Positions 60,750 to 64,000 of a stretch of 64,000 bases of DNA are shown here, in pieces. Numbering within the stretch: the first letter of the stretch is position 1; each line of letters begins with the position of its first letter. The notes under the pieces are model-generated. The model made no database searches. It was given only the letters and a program-made list of their open reading frames with translations, and was not told the DNA's origin. Source of the stretch: an uncultured Acetatifactor sp. (GTDB taxonomy: Bacteria; Bacillota; Clostridia; Lachnospirales; Lachnospiraceae); the NCBI GenBank assembly GCA_910583845.1, contig CAJUAB010000003.1, forward strand, positions 14,250-78,249. The letters run 5' to 3'. Both the position numbers and the translations under genes were made by a program.

Positions 60750-60781
60750 AAAAAAGAGCGGCCCCAAAACCGCCGCCCTTT
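60750..60781 (-). terminator. Intrinsic terminator of ileS
   Basis: Minus strand AAAGGGCGGC-GGTTTTGGG-GCCGCTC-TTTTTT, 10 nt after the ileS stop. Confidence 0.7.
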
Positions 60782-60790
60782 CAACCCAGC

Positions 60791-63700
60791 CTAAATTTTC
60801 TCCAAACTGACCATCACATTCTCCCCGTTCACGTTCCATTCCCTGGAGACCGCGTAGGAGGCATTCTCCGAAAGCTCCTCCGCCAGCACCTTGCCGCAGA
60901 TAACCTCCCTGTTTTTCTCCGCAACGGCGGAGAGTCTGGCATTACCGCCCAGGGAGACCCGGATGTGGTCCATGACCTCAAAGCCCGCGTCCTTGCGCAT
61001 GGTCTGGATCTTACTGATGATCTCGTAGACAAAGCCTTCCTCAATCAGCTCCGCCGTCAGATTGGTGTCCAGCACCACGGTCATACGCAGATCCTCCTGG
61101 GACACATAGCCCTCCTTCTGCGCCACGCTGATCAGCAGATCCTCTTCGGTGAGTTCCACCGCCGCGCCGTCTATTTCAAAAGCCAGCCTGCCGTTTGCTT
61201 TCAGCTCATCCATGGCGGCGTTGCCGTCCAGGGATGCCAGCGTCTTCTGAATCCCGCCCAATTGCCTGCCATATCTGGGCCCCACAGTGCGAAGCTGCGG
61301 CTTAAAGCTGTAAGAGGTGAAATCCCGCACGTCATCGGCAAAGACCACTTCCTTGACGTTCAGTTCATCCTTGATGATATCGGTATAGAACGCGTCCAGA
61401 CGGAAATCTGTCTTGACATACATTCTGCCGATGGGCTGACGGTTCTTGATGGCCGCGTCATTGCGGCAGGCCCGGCCCATGACCACCACAGCCAGCACAT
61501 TCTCCATGGAATCCTCCAGGGCCTTGTCGATCATCTCCTCCCGTACCTGAGGAAAATCGCACAGATGGATGCTCTCCGGGGCATCCTTGTCGATGCTCCG
61601 CACCAGATTCTGGTAAATGTCCTCCGTCATAAAGGGAATCATGGGCGCCGCGGTCTTGCAGATGGTCACCAGCGCCGTGTACAGCGTCATGTAGGCGTTT
61701 ATTTTGTCCTGTTCCATGCCCTTGGCCCAGAAACGCTCACGGCTGCGGCGCACATACCAGTTGCTCATCTCGTCCACGAAATCCTCCAGAGCCTTGGCCG
61801 CCTCGGGAATCCGGTACTTGTCCAGGTTCTCGTCCACTTCGCCCACCACGGTATTCAATTTGGACAGGAGCCATTTGTCCATCACCGGCAGTCTGTCATA
61901 TTCCAGCGTATACCTGGTGGCATCGAAATTATCAATATTCGCGTACAGCACATAAAACGCGTAGGTGTTCCACAGAGTGCCCATAATCTTTTTCTGGCCC
62001 TCCTGCACGATTTTGCCGGAGAAACGTTTGGGCAGCCAGGGCGCACAACTGCTGTAGAAATACCACCTGATGGCGTCCGCGCCGTACTGGGCCAGCGCCT
62101 CAAAGGGGTCCACCGCGTTGCCCTTGCTCTTGCTCATCTTCTGTCCGTTTTCGTCCTGCACATGGCCCAGCACAATGACATTTTCATAAGGAGCCCGGTT
62201 GAACAGCAGTGTGGATTCCGCCATCAGGGAATGGAACCACCCCCTGGTTTGATCCACGGCCTCGGAGATAAACTGCGCCGGAAACTGCTTTTCAAATACT
62301 TCCTGATTTTCAAAGGGGTAATGGTGCTGGGCAAAAGGCATGGCACCGGAGTCAAACCAGCAGTCCAGCACCTCGGGCACACGCCTCATCTGACCGCCGC
62401 ACTCAGGGCAGGCATAAGTCACTTCATCAATATAGGGCCTGTGCAGTTCCACCTTGGCCACATCCGGCATCCCGGCCTTGTCCGCCAGCTCCTGCCGGCT
62501 GCCGATGCACTCCTGATGTCCGCAGGAACACTCCCAGATATTCAGCGGCGTACCCCAGTAACGGTTGCGGGAGATGGCCCAGTCCTGTATGTTTTCCAGC
62601 CAGTTGCCGAAACGCCCGCTGCCGATGGACTCGGGAATCCAGTTCACCGTATTGTTGTTGCGGATCAGATCCTCCCGGACGGCGGTCTCCCGGATATACC
62701 AGGACTCCCTGGCATAATAAATCAGCGGGGTATCGCATCTCCAGCAGTGCGGATAATCATGTTCGAATCTGGGCGCGTCGAAGAGTTTGCCCTGGGCGTC
62801 CAGATCCTTTATGATCTGAGGGTCCGCCTTTTTGACAAAAATGCCTCCATAGGGAGTCTCGGCTGTCAAATCGCCCTTTCCGTCCACGAACTGCACAAAG
62901 GGCAGATCGTACTTGCGGCCCACATTGGCATCATCCTCACCGAAAGCGGGGGCAATGTGTACGATGCCGGTGCCGTCCGACATGGTGACATAGTTGTCAC
63001 AAGTCACAAAGAATCCCTTCTTGCCCTGTTTTTCCGCCGCCTCTCCGGCGCAGGCAAACAGCGGCTCATATGCTTTATGCTCCAGATCTTTGCCCTGATA
63101 AGTCTCCAGCACCTCATATGCGGGAGCGTCCTCCCCGGCCAGCTTGCCCAGCACAGTATCCAGCAGCGCCTGGGCCATATAATAGGTATAGCCGTCCGCG
63201 GCCCTGACCTTACAGTAGGTCTCCTCCGGGTTCACGCACAGCGCCACATTGGAGGGCAGGGTCCAGGGCGTGGTGGTCCAGGCCAGGAAATAAGCATCCT
63301 CCCCGGATACCTTAAAGCGGACCACGGCGGAGCGCTCCTTCACCAGCTTATAGCCCTGGGCCACCTCCTGGGTGGACAGGGGAGTGCCGCAGCGGGGGCA
63401 GTAGGGAACAATCTTAAAGCCCTTGTACAAAAGGCCCTTGTTCCAGATTTCTTTCAATGCCCACCACTCGGACTCGATAAAGTCATCGTGATAGGTCACG
63501 TAAGGGTCATCCATATCGGCCCAGAAGCCCACGGTACCGGAGAAATCCTCCCACATGCCCTTGTATTTCCAGACGCTTTCCTTACATTTATCGATAAAGG
63601 GCTCCAGGCCGTAGGCCTCAATCTGGTCCTTGCCGTCCAGGCCCAGCAGCTTTTCCACCTCGATCTCCACAGGCAGACCGTGGGTGTCCCAGCCCGCCTT

Positions 63701-63943
63701 GCGGGGTACCATATACCCCTTCATGGTCCGGTAGCGGGGAATCATATCCTTTATGACGCGGGTCTCCACATGGCCGATATGGGGCTTGCCGTTGGCCGTA
63801 GGGGGCCCGTCGTAAAATGTATAGGTCTCTCCCCCCTTGTTCTTTTCCAGGCTCTTGCGGAAGATGTCGTGCTCCTTCCAGAACCGCTCCACCTGCTTCT
63901 CTCTGTCCACAAAATTAAGGTCTGCCGTAACTTTCTGATACAT
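60791..63943 (-). CDS. ileS: Isoleucine--tRNA ligase (type 2)
   Basis: FYDGPPTANGKPHIGH, GWDTHGLP, WTTTPWTL, GTGIVHIAP, KMSKS; long type-2-like C-terminus. Confidence 0.96.
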   Translation of the reverse strand: MYQKVTADLNFVDREKQVERFWKEHDIFRKSLEKNKGGETYTFYDGPPTANGKPHIGHVETRVIKDMIPRYRTMKGYMVPRKAGWDTHGLPVEIEVEKLLGLDGKDQIEAYGLEPFIDKCKESVWKYKGMWEDFSGTVGFWADMDDPYVTYHDDFIESEWWALKEIWNKGLLYKGFKIVPYCPRCGTPLSTQEVAQGYKLVKERSAVVRFKVSGEDAYFLAWTTTPWTLPSNVALCVNPEETYCKVRAADGYTYYMAQALLDTVLGKLAGEDAPAYEVLETYQGKDLEHKAYEPLFACAGEAAEKQGKKGFFVTCDNYVTMSDGTGIVHIAPAFGEDDANVGRKYDLPFVQFVDGKGDLTAETPYGGIFVKKADPQIIKDLDAQGKLFDAPRFEHDYPHCWRCDTPLIYYARESWYIRETAVREDLIRNNNTVNWIPESIGSGRFGNWLENIQDWAISRNRYWGTPLNIWECSCGHQECIGSRQELADKAGMPDVAKVELHRPYIDEVTYACPECGGQMRRVPEVLDCWFDSGAMPFAQHHYPFENQEVFEKQFPAQFISEAVDQTRGWFHSLMAESTLLFNRAPYENVIVLGHVQDENGQKMSKSKGNAVDPFEALAQYGADAIRWYFYSSCAPWLPKRFSGKIVQEGQKKIMGTLWNTYAFYVLYANIDNFDATRYTLEYDRLPVMDKWLLSKLNTVVGEVDENLDKYRIPEAAKALEDFVDEMSNWYVRRSRERFWAKGMEQDKINAYMTLYTALVTICKTAAPMIPFMTEDIYQNLVRSIDKDAPESIHLCDFPQVREEMIDKALEDSMENVLAVVVMGRACRNDAAIKNRQPIGRMYVKTDFRLDAFYTDIIKDELNVKEVVFADDVRDFTSYSFKPQLRTVGPRYGRQLGGIQKTLASLDGNAAMDELKANGRLAFEIDGAAVELTEEDLLISVAQKEGYVSQEDLRMTVVLDTNLTAELIEEGFVYEIISKIQTMRKDAGFEVMDHIRVSLGGNARLSAVAEKNREVICGKVLAEELSENASYAVSREWNVNGENVMVSLEKI

Positions 63944-64000
63944 TCCGTGTTCCTCCTGATTTGCTGCGCTCTGGGAAATACAAAAAAACCTTGTCCGTAA

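Noticed and set aside
60689..64000. 1103-aa plus-strand ORF
   Set aside because: Antisense shadow of ileS arising from GC-biased codon usage; no motifs or RBS. The same applies to the long antisense ORFs over cls, rhaB, glgP, murF and others.
63960..64000. T-box leader upstream of ileS
   Set aside because: Only a terminator-like arm and T tract (minus strand GGACAAGGTTTTTTTG) are in the window; the T-box motif would lie beyond the edge and cannot be confirmed.

Overview
Chromosomal segment of a GC-rich, spore-forming and probably flagellated Firmicute. Gene content and order suggest Lachnospiraceae (inference). Most genes lie on the minus strand. Core and metabolic genes: trkAH, a GH4 glycosidase, an NlpC/P60 hydrolase, asnS, cls, murI, ispE, a SPOCS-LysM coat protein, pyrC-pyrK-pyrD, plsC, rhaBAD with an AraC regulator, hydrolase-murF-ddl, a SpoIIQ-like M23 protein, a PocR hybrid kinase with a response regulator, an aconitase-family hydratase, glgP and ileS. 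The standout is a ~16 kb AT-richer defence island (44626-60652) between ileS and glgP. It appears to be one tightly packed operon: HTH - C5 cytosine MTase - 2TM coiled-coil orphan - SNF2 helicase - type III Mod - type III Res - DrmA - DrmB - DrmC - Vsr. This is a DISARM core that fits neither class I nor class II, with a type III R-M pair occupying the DrmMI slot. The intergenic DNA carries at least three families of palindromic repeats, one a MITE seen at several stages of decay. There is also a candidate miniature SpoIIR-like gene with a sigmaF-type promoter and a sigma28-driven orphan. All calls come from motif recognition by eye; no database searches were run.
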